From positions 1-12,496 of the forward strand of contig QENJ01000067.1 in assembly GCA_013374505.1 (NCBI GenBank): 12,496 bases of DNA, written 5' to 3'. The position numbers and the translations under genes are program-made. This document shows positions 1 to 7,128 of this stretch, piece after piece (the stretch's first letter is position 1; every line of letters begins with the position of its first letter). The notes beneath the pieces were generated by a model that had not been told where the DNA came from, made no database searches, and saw nothing but the letters and a program-made list of their open reading frames with translations. This DNA comes from Candidatus Methanophagaceae archaeon. Its GTDB lineage: Archaea > Halobacteriota > Syntropharchaeia > Alkanophagales > Methanospirareceae.

Positions 1-1894
1 GTCTTCCTTCTTCGTCTATCTCAAAGGTAGCACCTGGAATGTTAATGTCACCCAGGCGAGCATGCCTTCCTTGCGGGTCGTAGACTGTGAGAGTGGCATT
101 AGAAGCGAGAATAATAGACATCCATAGATCTGCTGCTGGTGGTTGTCTGGTTTGTAAGGCAAGAAGAGCATAATCAGTAGCAAGTTCTGGTATATCCTCC
201 TGCCCATGAGCAGCAGGTGCATTTACCCAGTGCCCGTCATCGTGCTGAAGGCCTGCCAATTTGGTAGAAAGAGCGGCATACCAGTCAACACCACCTAAAT
301 CATTTAGGAAGCACATAGCCAAGGCTTTGGCGGTGGTCATATAGTAATAGTAAAGGAAGCAATGTCCTTGACTGTAAGGATAACCAGGATTATCGTCAAA
401 GCTGCAATCCTCATTGTTGGTTAACCAGGTCAAACCAGCTTGAACTCTTCCATCGGTTACATCAACGCCACAAAGTCTCAGGCTCCAGATGCCAGCCGCG
501 GTCATAGTGCCATAGGATTTGCTTCCTCCAGCCAAACTCCCGCCGGTTGGATAATATATAAAGCCACCATCATTATATGATGGTTGAGTATTATCGTGAG
601 CCCAAGCTTGGTCATTAGATGCTGGTCTATTTTGGCAGTGTGAGGTAAAGTTTATAGCCTTTGTCCAAGTATCATTCCCACTGGGCAATCCTGCTGCACT
701 TAATGCCATAAGTGCAAATTGAGTGTTAGAAAGGTCTCCGTCACTTGGCGAAGATCCGTAACGCCAGCCACCATAGCATGGATCAGTAGGGTCAGCCCCT
801 TCTCCTTCATCGTATTGTGCATCCACAAGCCAATCCCTTGCATCGGCTATTTCGTCGCTGTAGCTTGCATTATGAGTGGCAACTAAGGCTAATACAGCTA
901 AAGATGTTTCGTAAGTTCTCCTTGTCCCAAAAGAGCCATCTGTATTGTTATTAGCCAAGACGTATTGGATAGCTTTGTTGACGGTAGGGTTATCCTCAGT
1001 ATGTCCAGCATTAAGGAAGGCTAAGACTGCCATAGAGGTTATACCAACACTGTTCTGCCATGAGCCGTCTGGGTTTTGGTGGTTGCGGAGCCATTGGAGA
1101 CCTAGCACTATACGGTTTACGCTGGCAAGTGCGTCAATCTTGCCATAGCCCCAATCCTCATTAGGAGTATCACCGGTAAATCCATCGGATCTAGCTCCGA
1201 GTTGCAACATTTTTTTGATTTGCCCATGGGTTAAAGAAGGATATTTCTGGAGGATCAAAGCACTTACTCCAGCTACATGAGGACCAGCTGCACTTGTTCC
1301 ACCAAACCGTCGGTAACTACCCAAGGGATAGGATGATGCATTTGAAGCTGCGGACCCGATATCGTAATTTCCTGGTGCCGCTACATCAACAATAGTTTGT
1401 CCATCTATCCTCGGTCCTCTCCCACTGAAAGTGCTTAGATCGCCAACAGCTACTCCCCATCCTCTTGTACTATACGATGCCACAGTTATGGCGCTGTCGG
1501 AGGTAGCAGGTCGGGTAACAGTGGTCTCGTTAGACTGGAAGGCCGTCCACCTCGCACCTCCCGACCAAGAGGTTTGATCATCATATATATACAAATCAAC
1601 ATGTTCATTGCTGCCACCACTATTACTTACCTGTAATGTCCAGCCCCCAGGGATCACAGGATTCCTCGTAACCTGAATGTCGTACTTTGCAGTTCCTCTA
1701 GTCGAGTCCTCTCGACGATACCAGATTGTGTGTCCATCACCTGTGATTGTGGATTGCCAACCTGCCGGGGGTGCCGCGGGCAAATTCGCTACACTCCCGG
1801 TAGGGGTAGTCACCGTAATGGGTAAATTGTTGCCGGTAGTGCGCCATAATGTTGGGTATATACCCTCTGAATGTTCGTGGTTAACACGGGCACA
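1..1894 (-). CDS. 3' continuation of the S8 protease gene: beta-sandwich insert, catalytic-Ser block, prenyltransferase/terpene-cyclase-like alpha/alpha-toroid repeats and a terminal beta domain. It has no convincing start of its own and its 3' end runs off the window. Together with 1810-3258 it forms one frameshifted gene (possible pseudogene or assembly indel).
   Basis: This frame is not in the supplied track because it has no stop inside the window. The minus-strand frame with codon first bases = 1 mod 3 is open from the TAA at 1895-1897 down to base 1; I translated all of it and found no stops. It reads ..IYPTLWRTTGNNLPITVTTPTGSV..GWTLQVSNSGGSNEHVDLYIYDD..AITVASYSTRG..LSTFSGRGPRIDGQTIVDVAAPGNYDIGSA..FGGTSAAGPHVAGVSALILQKYPSLTHGQIKKML, which is the subtilase Ser block (Ser codon 1292-1294). 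From about 1100 to 140 it carries QNPDGSW, NTDGSFG, YGGWRYG, YNDGGFIYY and QHDDGHW repeats. It ends ..LTVYDPQGRHARLGDINIPGATFEIDEEGR at the window edge. Confidence 0.8.
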
Positions 1895-3258
1895 TTAAAG
1901 GCGAAGCTTGTGCTGCCACCAGCGGTTACATCATCCTGAGCATGTTTATCATTGCCAGCTAAGTTACCGGCTGGAACAACCTGTACAATGCCCCCAGCAG
2001 CTTCAGTATCAATCATCTGCTCCAAATTGGAAGAGCCGTCGAGGAATTGCTGTATCCATCCACCAAATTCATATATCATAACGTCTGCACCATTAGCCCT
2101 AGCCCAAGGAATATATACGGTGTAGTCATTGTCATATCTATCTGCTACGAGAAGTTCTGCATTTGGTGCAACACCTACATAGCTTCTCCTTTCAATAATT
2201 CCTCCGTTTACGATTCCGCACACACTTGTTCCATGTCCATTAGTATCATCGTCGGTCAATATAAGGTCAGTTCCTCTTGTACGTGTAGTACCGCCTGTGT
2301 TCAATGTCCTAAAAACTTTACTTGTGCCAAGTGCTATCACGTCCTCTCCGACGTCAAGGGCATTGTTACTATTCGAATCATCTACAATGAAAAGTAGTTC
2401 ACCATACGTGGGGTCCGTCTCTGTGAAACCGCTTGCTGTGCCATAATCCCGCTGGCCATTGCCATTAGCATCATTGTACAGCCAATCCATGTCCGCTTGA
2501 AACACGCCATCATTATTTCCCGCGGGTCCATCACCGTCAAAGAAATGAAGCGTTTCCCCTGCATTTGCAGCTCCGTTTCCGTTCAGATCTACGGCATCAG
2601 TTCCGGGATCAAATACATTATTACCGTCTGTATCGATCCAGTTGTAGGACCCTCCATCGGCTTGCCAAAAATCTGGATGGAAAACATCAATGCCTGTATC
2701 GAAATCCGCTATCGTTATCCCTTCTCCGGTTATATTGGTTCCCCCAGCATCAAGCAACTGCCATACGTCATCAGCATTAATCTCGGGAACGCTTACATCT
2801 AGAGGATTCTCTAATCCTAGCTGCCAAGTGGACTCAATACGCAAGACATCAGCCCTTTCCTTCAAGGCATCTACATAGGCGATAGGCATCTCTGCACCAT
2901 AGATTGTGCCTGAATGAGCCACTTCGTCATTCACACGCGCAAACATCAACCCCTGTGCCTCTAAAGCTGCAATTTCAGCCTCACTCAGTTCGTGATCGAA
3001 ATGAATACTCACGCTAAGGCTTTGTATTTGCGCGAGGCTACGTACGGCCTCGCCAAGGTCACTAGTCAAGCTAGGTTGGACTTCTGTCTCTGCTAGTGCA
3101 AGCAGAAGCTCTAGCGTGGCGCCGGTCTTGCTAAGATAAGAAGGCGTCTGTGCGTTAGCTGTTTCCATATTACCAGCACTGATGGCAACAGGCGAAAGCA
3201 ACATGGACAAAACCAGTATTGCCATCAGCGTATAAAATCCTATTCTCTTTGCCTTCAT
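1810..3258 (-). CDS. Secreted subtilisin-family (peptidase S8) protease, N-terminal part: signal peptide, pro-region, and catalytic Asp, His and oxyanion Asn. The frame ends before the Ser block.
   Basis: Tracked ORF of 482 aa. The signal peptide is MKAKRIGFYTLMAILVLSMLLSPVAISA. The Asp block is ITIADFDTGID, the His block is TNGHGTSVCGIV and the Asn block is VVPAGNLAGN. No GTSxA Ser block occurs before the TGA at 1810-1812; it lies in the adjacent frame (feature 1-1894). The ATG overlaps the upstream gene's stop (ATGA, 3255-3258). Confidence 0.85.
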   Translation of the reverse strand: MKAKRIGFYTLMAILVLSMLLSPVAISAGNMETANAQTPSYLSKTGATLELLLALAETEVQPSLTSDLGEAVRSLAQIQSLSVSIHFDHELSEAEIAALEAQGLMFARVNDEVAHSGTIYGAEMPIAYVDALKERADVLRIESTWQLGLENPLDVSVPEINADDVWQLLDAGGTNITGEGITIADFDTGIDVFHPDFWQADGGSYNWIDTDGNNVFDPGTDAVDLNGNGAANAGETLHFFDGDGPAGNNDGVFQADMDWLYNDANGNGQRDYGTASGFTETDPTYGELLFIVDDSNSNNALDVGEDVIALGTSKVFRTLNTGGTTRTRGTDLILTDDDTNGHGTSVCGIVNGGIIERRSYVGVAPNAELLVADRYDNDYTVYIPWARANGADVMIYEFGGWIQQFLDGSSNLEQMIDTEAAGGIVQVVPAGNLAGNDKHAQDDVTAGGSTSFAFNVPVLTTNIQRVYTQHYGALPATIYPLR

Positions 3259-4166
3259 TTGGATTCTCCTTTCCTTTGTCTTAAGTTAGCAGGATTTTCT
3301 ATCCCTAGCTGCCATGCTGATTCTATACGAACTACACTCTCCAATTCTGCTAGATCCTCTGTCCTATCCCAAGGAATCTCAGCACCATAAATGGTTCCGG
3401 AATGAGCTATCTCACCATCATGTAATCTTGCAAATTTCACTCCCAATTCCTCTATCAACTGAATTTCTGAGGTATTCAACTCATGAGTGAAATTTATACT
3501 TACATTTACGGTATTGCTTATCACAATTTCCTTCATTTCCTCAGGGATTTGCTCCTCTCCTCTTAAAGTGAGTAAAAGATCCAGGGCAGCATCGATTTTG
3601 CTAAGAAAAGGAGACGGCGTTCCTCCGCTTTCTCCCCATTCTACACTTAGCCTATGTTTATTTAACTCTTGAGATCCTGCTAATACTACAACACCCGCCT
3701 TTACTCCCCACTCATCGCTTCCCTCAACCAACAACATCGCTTTATCTTCATTCCATGGATTCTTCAATATCTCCAAAATACCTTTATTCTCTCCCGGGTA
3801 TTCATCTGTTACCCTCGTAACATTTGCCATTTTACACACCTCTTTTAACACCTCATTTGAATTTGGCGTACCAAGAATAATCAAATTATAGGTATATTTA
3901 AGACTTTCGGTTTTTTCCGATATATAAACCTTTGGCTTGTTACCTGTTATATTTTCTAAATTCTCAGCTATTGCTTCTGCACTTTCATATTCCATCTGAG
4001 TTGCGTTTTCTCCTATCACGATTACCACCTCTTTTCCAAATAGTTTTGGATAGTTGCTTAATACCAATTCCTCCTCCTGCTCGATGACGCCTGAAAGCAC
4101 TATAGCTGTGATAACAATTGCAATCGCCGCAATCGCCCCTCCACCTATTAGTAAACTTTTTCTCAT
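3255..4166 (-). CDS. N-terminally membrane-anchored extracytoplasmic protein. It has a surface-protein-like N-domain and a C-domain paralogous to the pro-region of the downstream S8 protease.
   Basis: Tracked ORF of 303 aa. The N-terminal TM segment is LLIGGGAIAAIAIVITAIVLSGVI. The middle domain (EVVIVIGENATQMEYESAEAIAENL..NLIILGTPNSNEV..AMLLVEGSDEWGVKAGVVVLAG) resembles, from memory, the VVG..A..D..A..IA / LILVG..N module of archaeal cell-surface proteins. The C-terminal ~105 aa align with residues ~40-152 of the protease. The stop overlaps the protease ATG. Confidence 0.8.
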   Translation of the reverse strand: MRKSLLIGGGAIAAIAIVITAIVLSGVIEQEEELVLSNYPKLFGKEVVIVIGENATQMEYESAEAIAENLENITGNKPKVYISEKTESLKYTYNLIILGTPNSNEVLKEVCKMANVTRVTDEYPGENKGILEILKNPWNEDKAMLLVEGSDEWGVKAGVVVLAGSQELNKHRLSVEWGESGGTPSPFLSKIDAALDLLLTLRGEEQIPEEMKEIVISNTVNVSINFTHELNTSEIQLIEELGVKFARLHDGEIAHSGTIYGAEIPWDRTEDLAELESVVRIESAWQLGIENPANLRQRKGESK

Positions 4167-4857
4167 CTTTATTGTAATCTTTCTTTATGCCTCCAAATAA
4201 AACTTTTCGTTTGTTCCTTTCGGATGATAACATTTGGGCTTTGAATTCATGTCATGGACGAGGCACTCATTTCAATTCCTCGCCTTTACTCGTCATTTTC
4301 ACACCTTCGCCCTTTTTATGTTTAAAGGTAACACGATAGAAAGCTCTTTGTTAAGAACACCTTAAAAGCTTTTCGATTTTTCCCGATATGTTACCCATTT
4401 CGATAACCTTAAATGGTCATATGTAAGTGGAGCTAAAGAAGAGGGACGCAAAAATTTACGAAATGAGCGAGTTCTCGAAGTAATCCCCTCCCTTTTGAAA
4501 AGGGCGGAAGCAAAACCTTCCTTTACATCAAACCTTGCATTTCCGTATCCGCTCCTCTAATCCGATGATGATCAAAATAGCCACAAACTTACGTGTTTCT
4601 CCAACCTCAATCCTCTCACGATCCTCAGAAAATCTGATCACAATATCTTCCGCTTCGCTCTCTCGTAAGCCAACATCTTATCCGATAGGTTTTTTAGAAA
4701 CCTTTATGACACCACAGGGACACCCAGGAACAGAACATGAAACTATAAAGTATTTTCATACCAATAATAAAAGCATAAAATTAGATAAAATCGTGAACAA
4801 GCATAAGGAGCAGTAATCAGCGAATAGCGAAAAATAGCAAACCTTAAAAAGACAGGG

Positions 4858-4865
4858 TAATATAC
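4858..4865 (+). promoter_or_regulatory. Candidate archaeal TATA box for the IscU/NifU-like gene
   Basis: TAATATAC lies about 35 nt upstream of the ATG at 4896 and is preceded by an A-rich BRE-like stretch (CTTAAAAAGA). This would give a short 5' leader. The evidence is position and composition only. Confidence 0.25.
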
Positions 4866-4895
4866 AAAGCTAATAAAATAACAGTGTGATTAAAA

Positions 4896-5291
4896 ATGAG
4901 CGAACTGCAAGATTTGTTGAAAGAGTCGGGATATTCGGATAAAGCCATTGAGTACTATCTGAACAAAGTGAATGTCGGAGAGCTAACCGAGCCAGATGCT
5001 CATGCGATATATACGGGACCCTGTGGCGATACGATGGAGATTTTTTTGAATGTAAAAGAGGGCGTGATAAAAGAAGCGAAGTTCCAGGCGATAGGCTGTG
5101 CAGGTGCTTTTTCGTCTGGCTCTGCCCTTACAGAAATGATCATCGGAATGACATTAGAAGAGGTGGAGAAGATAGATGAAGAGCTAATAATAAATTATCT
5201 GGGCGGTATTCCACGGCAGAAGGTACATTGCACGTGTTTATCTAAAAGGACGTTGCAAAAAGCGATTAATAATTATAAAGAAAAGGGGTGA
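4896..5291 (+). CDS. IscU / NifU-N-terminal-domain-type iron-sulfur cluster assembly scaffold protein
   Basis: Tracked ORF of 131 aa. The three scaffold cysteines are in the canonical contexts GPCGD, AIGCAGAFSS and KVHCTCLS. It is colinear with the IscU pattern YS.K..D.Y.N..NVG.... Confidence 0.85.
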   Translation: MSELQDLLKESGYSDKAIEYYLNKVNVGELTEPDAHAIYTGPCGDTMEIFLNVKEGVIKEAKFQAIGCAGAFSSGSALTEMIIGMTLEEVEKIDEELIINYLGGIPRQKVHCTCLSKRTLQKAINNYKEKG

Positions 5292-5308
5292 TAAAAAACT
5301 AAATTGTT

Positions 5309-5397
5309 GACACAGATTAACGCAGATTAACACAGATGATAAAAAGCAACAGAGTTAAACATAAATAAATACGTGTAAATCAATGTTAATCTGTGTC
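5309..5397. promoter_or_regulatory. Putative operator/promoter: a 13-bp inverted repeat plus a 10-bp-periodic tandem repeat bracketing a TATA-like box
   Basis: GACACAGATTAAC (5309-5321) is the exact reverse complement of GTTAATCTGTGTC (5385-5397). The left arm is followed by in-phase 10-bp copies: ACAGATTAAC 5312-5321, GCAGATTAAC 5322-5331 and a degenerate ACAGATGATA 5332-5341. ATAAATAAAT at 5361-5370 is TATA-like, which puts the expected TSS inside the right arm, about 40 nt upstream of the ATG at 5435. Confidence 0.5.
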
Positions 5398-5434
5398 TTA
5401 AAGAGAAGGCAGTTATACTTTAGGTACAATAAAA

Positions 5435-6106
5435 ATGGAAGAAAAAGAGAAGAAGAAAGACCTGTTGGATAAAGGCGCAATTGTCCAGCGGGATTATGAA
5501 ACGTATGCGATTGCGCCGCATATACCGGGCGGGATTTGCGAACCCGGTACGCTACGGAATATAGCAGATGTCGCGGAGAAATACAATGCTGCAGCGTTAA
5601 AATTGACCTCAGCACAACGAATAGCAATTGTGGGTATAGCAGAGAGCGATATAGAAGCTGCCTGGCACGACCTCGATATGCCACCGGGTGCAGCTATCGG
5701 GTTATGTATCAGAAGCGTAAAAATCTGTCCGGGAACAACGTTCTGTAAAAGGGGCAAGCAAGATTCTGTGAAATTGGGTCTGGAATTTGATAGCAAGTAT
5801 CACGGGTTGGAACTGCCTTCAAAGTTCAAAATCGGCGTTTCCGGTTGTAGTAATAGCTGTGCGGAGTCCTGGATAAAGGACCTGGGCTTCATCGGTATGC
5901 CAAAGGGCTGGAAAGTGGTGGTCGGAGGTTCCGCAGGTGCTGCACCAGCGATTGCAGAAGTTTTGGCAGAGAATTTGAGTGATGATGAGGCTATGGCTCT
6001 TGCTGATCGAATCATCAATTACTACAAGAACTGCGACACAAAAAAGCGATTGGGCAGGTATATTAAAGAAGTCGGGCTGGATGAATTCAGAAAAGAGGTT
6101 TTATAA
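5435..6106 (+). CDS. Small (~24 kDa) nitrite/sulfite reductase-family hemoprotein with a siroheme-[4Fe-4S] binding motif (low-molecular-weight assimilatory-type sulfite-reductase-like)
   Basis: Tracked ORF of 223 aa. The N-terminal ferredoxin-like half domain reads IVQRDYETYAIAPHIPGGICEPGTLRNIADVAEKYNAAALKLTSAQRIAIVGI. The four-Cys signature is C-x5-C (CPGTTFC) .. C-x3-C (GCSNSC) with KIGVSGC context, as in the SiR/NiR siroheme domain. Confidence 0.85.
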   Translation: MEEKEKKKDLLDKGAIVQRDYETYAIAPHIPGGICEPGTLRNIADVAEKYNAAALKLTSAQRIAIVGIAESDIEAAWHDLDMPPGAAIGLCIRSVKICPGTTFCKRGKQDSVKLGLEFDSKYHGLELPSKFKIGVSGCSNSCAESWIKDLGFIGMPKGWKVVVGGSAGAAPAIAEVLAENLSDDEAMALADRIINYYKNCDTKKRLGRYIKEVGLDEFRKEVL

Positions 6107-6133
6107 TAGCCTATAACCAGGAGAAGGAAACGT

Positions 6134-7078
6134 ATGAGTGAGGTAGCATCAAAAAAGGGAATGGTGGAGATGTCGGGGTGTAGTGTAAAGGAGGGCGATT
6201 TACCCACCGCCAATGTAGAAGGCAAAGAAGTACCATGGGATCCTGCACAGCTAAGGAAGATTAGTGAACACCCTTGTTTCAGTGAAAACGCCTGTCATTT
6301 CTTCGGCAGAATACATCTCCCGGTGGCACCGAAATGCAACATCCAATGTAATTATTGTGTACGGAAATTCGATTGCGTGAATGAGTCGCGACCCGGAGTG
6401 ACGAGCAAGGTGCTAATGCCACAGGAGGCGTTAGAACTGGTACGTGATGTAATGGAAAAGGTGCATTACATAAAGGTAGTTGCCGTTGCGGGACCCGGCG
6501 AGCCACTGTTTAACGAAGAGACGTTCGAGACGTTCCGGCTCGTGAAGGATGAGTTCCCACACCTGATGCGGTGTCTGAGCACGAACGGGCTTCTTTTGCC
6601 CGAACGGATTGACGAGATAGAAGAGTTGGACATCGGAACTGTGACAGTCACACTGAACGCTATAGACCCTGCGATAGGTAAGGACATCTATTCGGTTGTC
6701 AATTACCGCGGTAAACGATATAAAGGCGAAGAAGGTGCTGAGATACTGTTGAAGAACCAGTTGGAAGGCATTCGAGAGGCTGTGAAACGTAAGATACTGA
6801 TAAAAGTGAATACTGTTCTTATTCCCACGGTAAATGATGAGCATATCGTGGAGGTAGCGAAGGAGATACGTAAGCTGGGCGTTTATATGCACAATATTAT
6901 CCCGCTCATCCCGCAGTACAAGTTCGCGAATATTAAACCACCGACACAGCAAGAGAAGGAGGCGATTCAGGAGAAATGCCGCGAGTACGTGAAAGAGATG
7001 ACTCACTGCCGGCATTGCCGTGCCGATGCTATTGGCAAGCTGGGAAAGGACATCCAACAGCGTATGTACTCAGAATAA
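6134..7078 (+). CDS. nifB: NifB, the radical SAM nitrogenase cofactor (NifB-co) biosynthesis protein, in the minimal stand-alone form without a C-terminal NifX-like domain
   Basis: Tracked ORF of 314 aa. It carries the NifB hallmark HPCFSENACHFFGRIHLPVAPKCNIQCNYCVRKFDCVNESRPGVTS (CxxxCxxC radical SAM cluster), then GPGEPL and LSTNGLLLP, and C-terminally HCRHCRADAIGKLG. An AGGAGAAGG Shine-Dalgarno-like site lies at 6119-6127. The gap from the upstream gene is 27 nt. Confidence 0.9.
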   Translation: MSEVASKKGMVEMSGCSVKEGDLPTANVEGKEVPWDPAQLRKISEHPCFSENACHFFGRIHLPVAPKCNIQCNYCVRKFDCVNESRPGVTSKVLMPQEALELVRDVMEKVHYIKVVAVAGPGEPLFNEETFETFRLVKDEFPHLMRCLSTNGLLLPERIDEIEELDIGTVTVTLNAIDPAIGKDIYSVVNYRGKRYKGEEGAEILLKNQLEGIREAVKRKILIKVNTVLIPTVNDEHIVEVAKEIRKLGVYMHNIIPLIPQYKFANIKPPTQQEKEAIQEKCREYVKEMTHCRHCRADAIGKLGKDIQQRMYSE

Positions 7079-7128
7079 ACAGGAAAGCACACACACCAAA
7101 AATCCGCGTCTAAGACCGCTGAAAAGAA

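Noticed and set aside
140-1100. The toroid repeat domain as an alpha-2-macroglobulin-like thioester domain or an active terpene cyclase.
   Set aside because: No CGEQ thioester motif and no DxDD/DDxxD catalytic aspartate motif appears in my translation.
1810-1813. A GTGA overlap (TGA stop of 1810-3258 and GTG 1811-1813 in the next frame) could mean two genuine, translationally coupled genes rather than a frameshift.
   Set aside because: That reading would split the catalytic triad, with Asp, His and Asn in one polypeptide and Ser in the other. The protein-like sequence of the second frame (IYPTLWRTTGNNLPIT) also starts about 50 nt upstream of the GTG and continues the domain begun in the first frame. 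A frame disruption explains the data better.
1813-1894. Programmed -1 ribosomal frameshifting in the protease gene.
   Set aside because: I found no X-XXY-YYZ slippery heptamer in the 0 frame of the overlap and no obvious downstream stimulatory structure. An indel is more parsimonious.
3985-4233. An 82-aa minus-strand ORF overlapping the start of 3255-4166.
   Set aside because: It is an alternative frame across the real gene's 5' end. It is Arg/Lys/Gly-rich low-complexity sequence with no motif.
4490-4504. The palindrome CCCTTTTGAAAAGGG as a terminator or operator.
   Set aside because: It is isolated, its effective loop is too small for a stable hairpin, and it is not positioned after any gene end. 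I note it only as part of the long-spacer observation.
4535-4816. A 93-aa plus-strand ORF in the long spacer.
   Set aside because: It has a Ser/Thr/Ile-rich composition unlike its neighbours, no ribosome-binding or promoter context, and no recognisable motif. It is probably a chance ORF in AT-rich DNA.
5312-5341. The short tandem repeats here and at 8012-8031 as a CRISPR array or iteron-type replication origin.
   Set aside because: There are only 2-3 copies of a 10-bp unit with no spacers, so this is far too short for CRISPR. There is no adjacent cas, rep or orc gene and no AT-rich unwinding element pattern.
6431-7057. A 208-aa minus-strand ORF, with smaller ones at 6279-6506 and 6466-6687.
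   Set aside because: These are antisense shadow ORFs inside nifB. They are Leu-rich and motif-free, whereas the plus frame has unmistakable NifB signatures.
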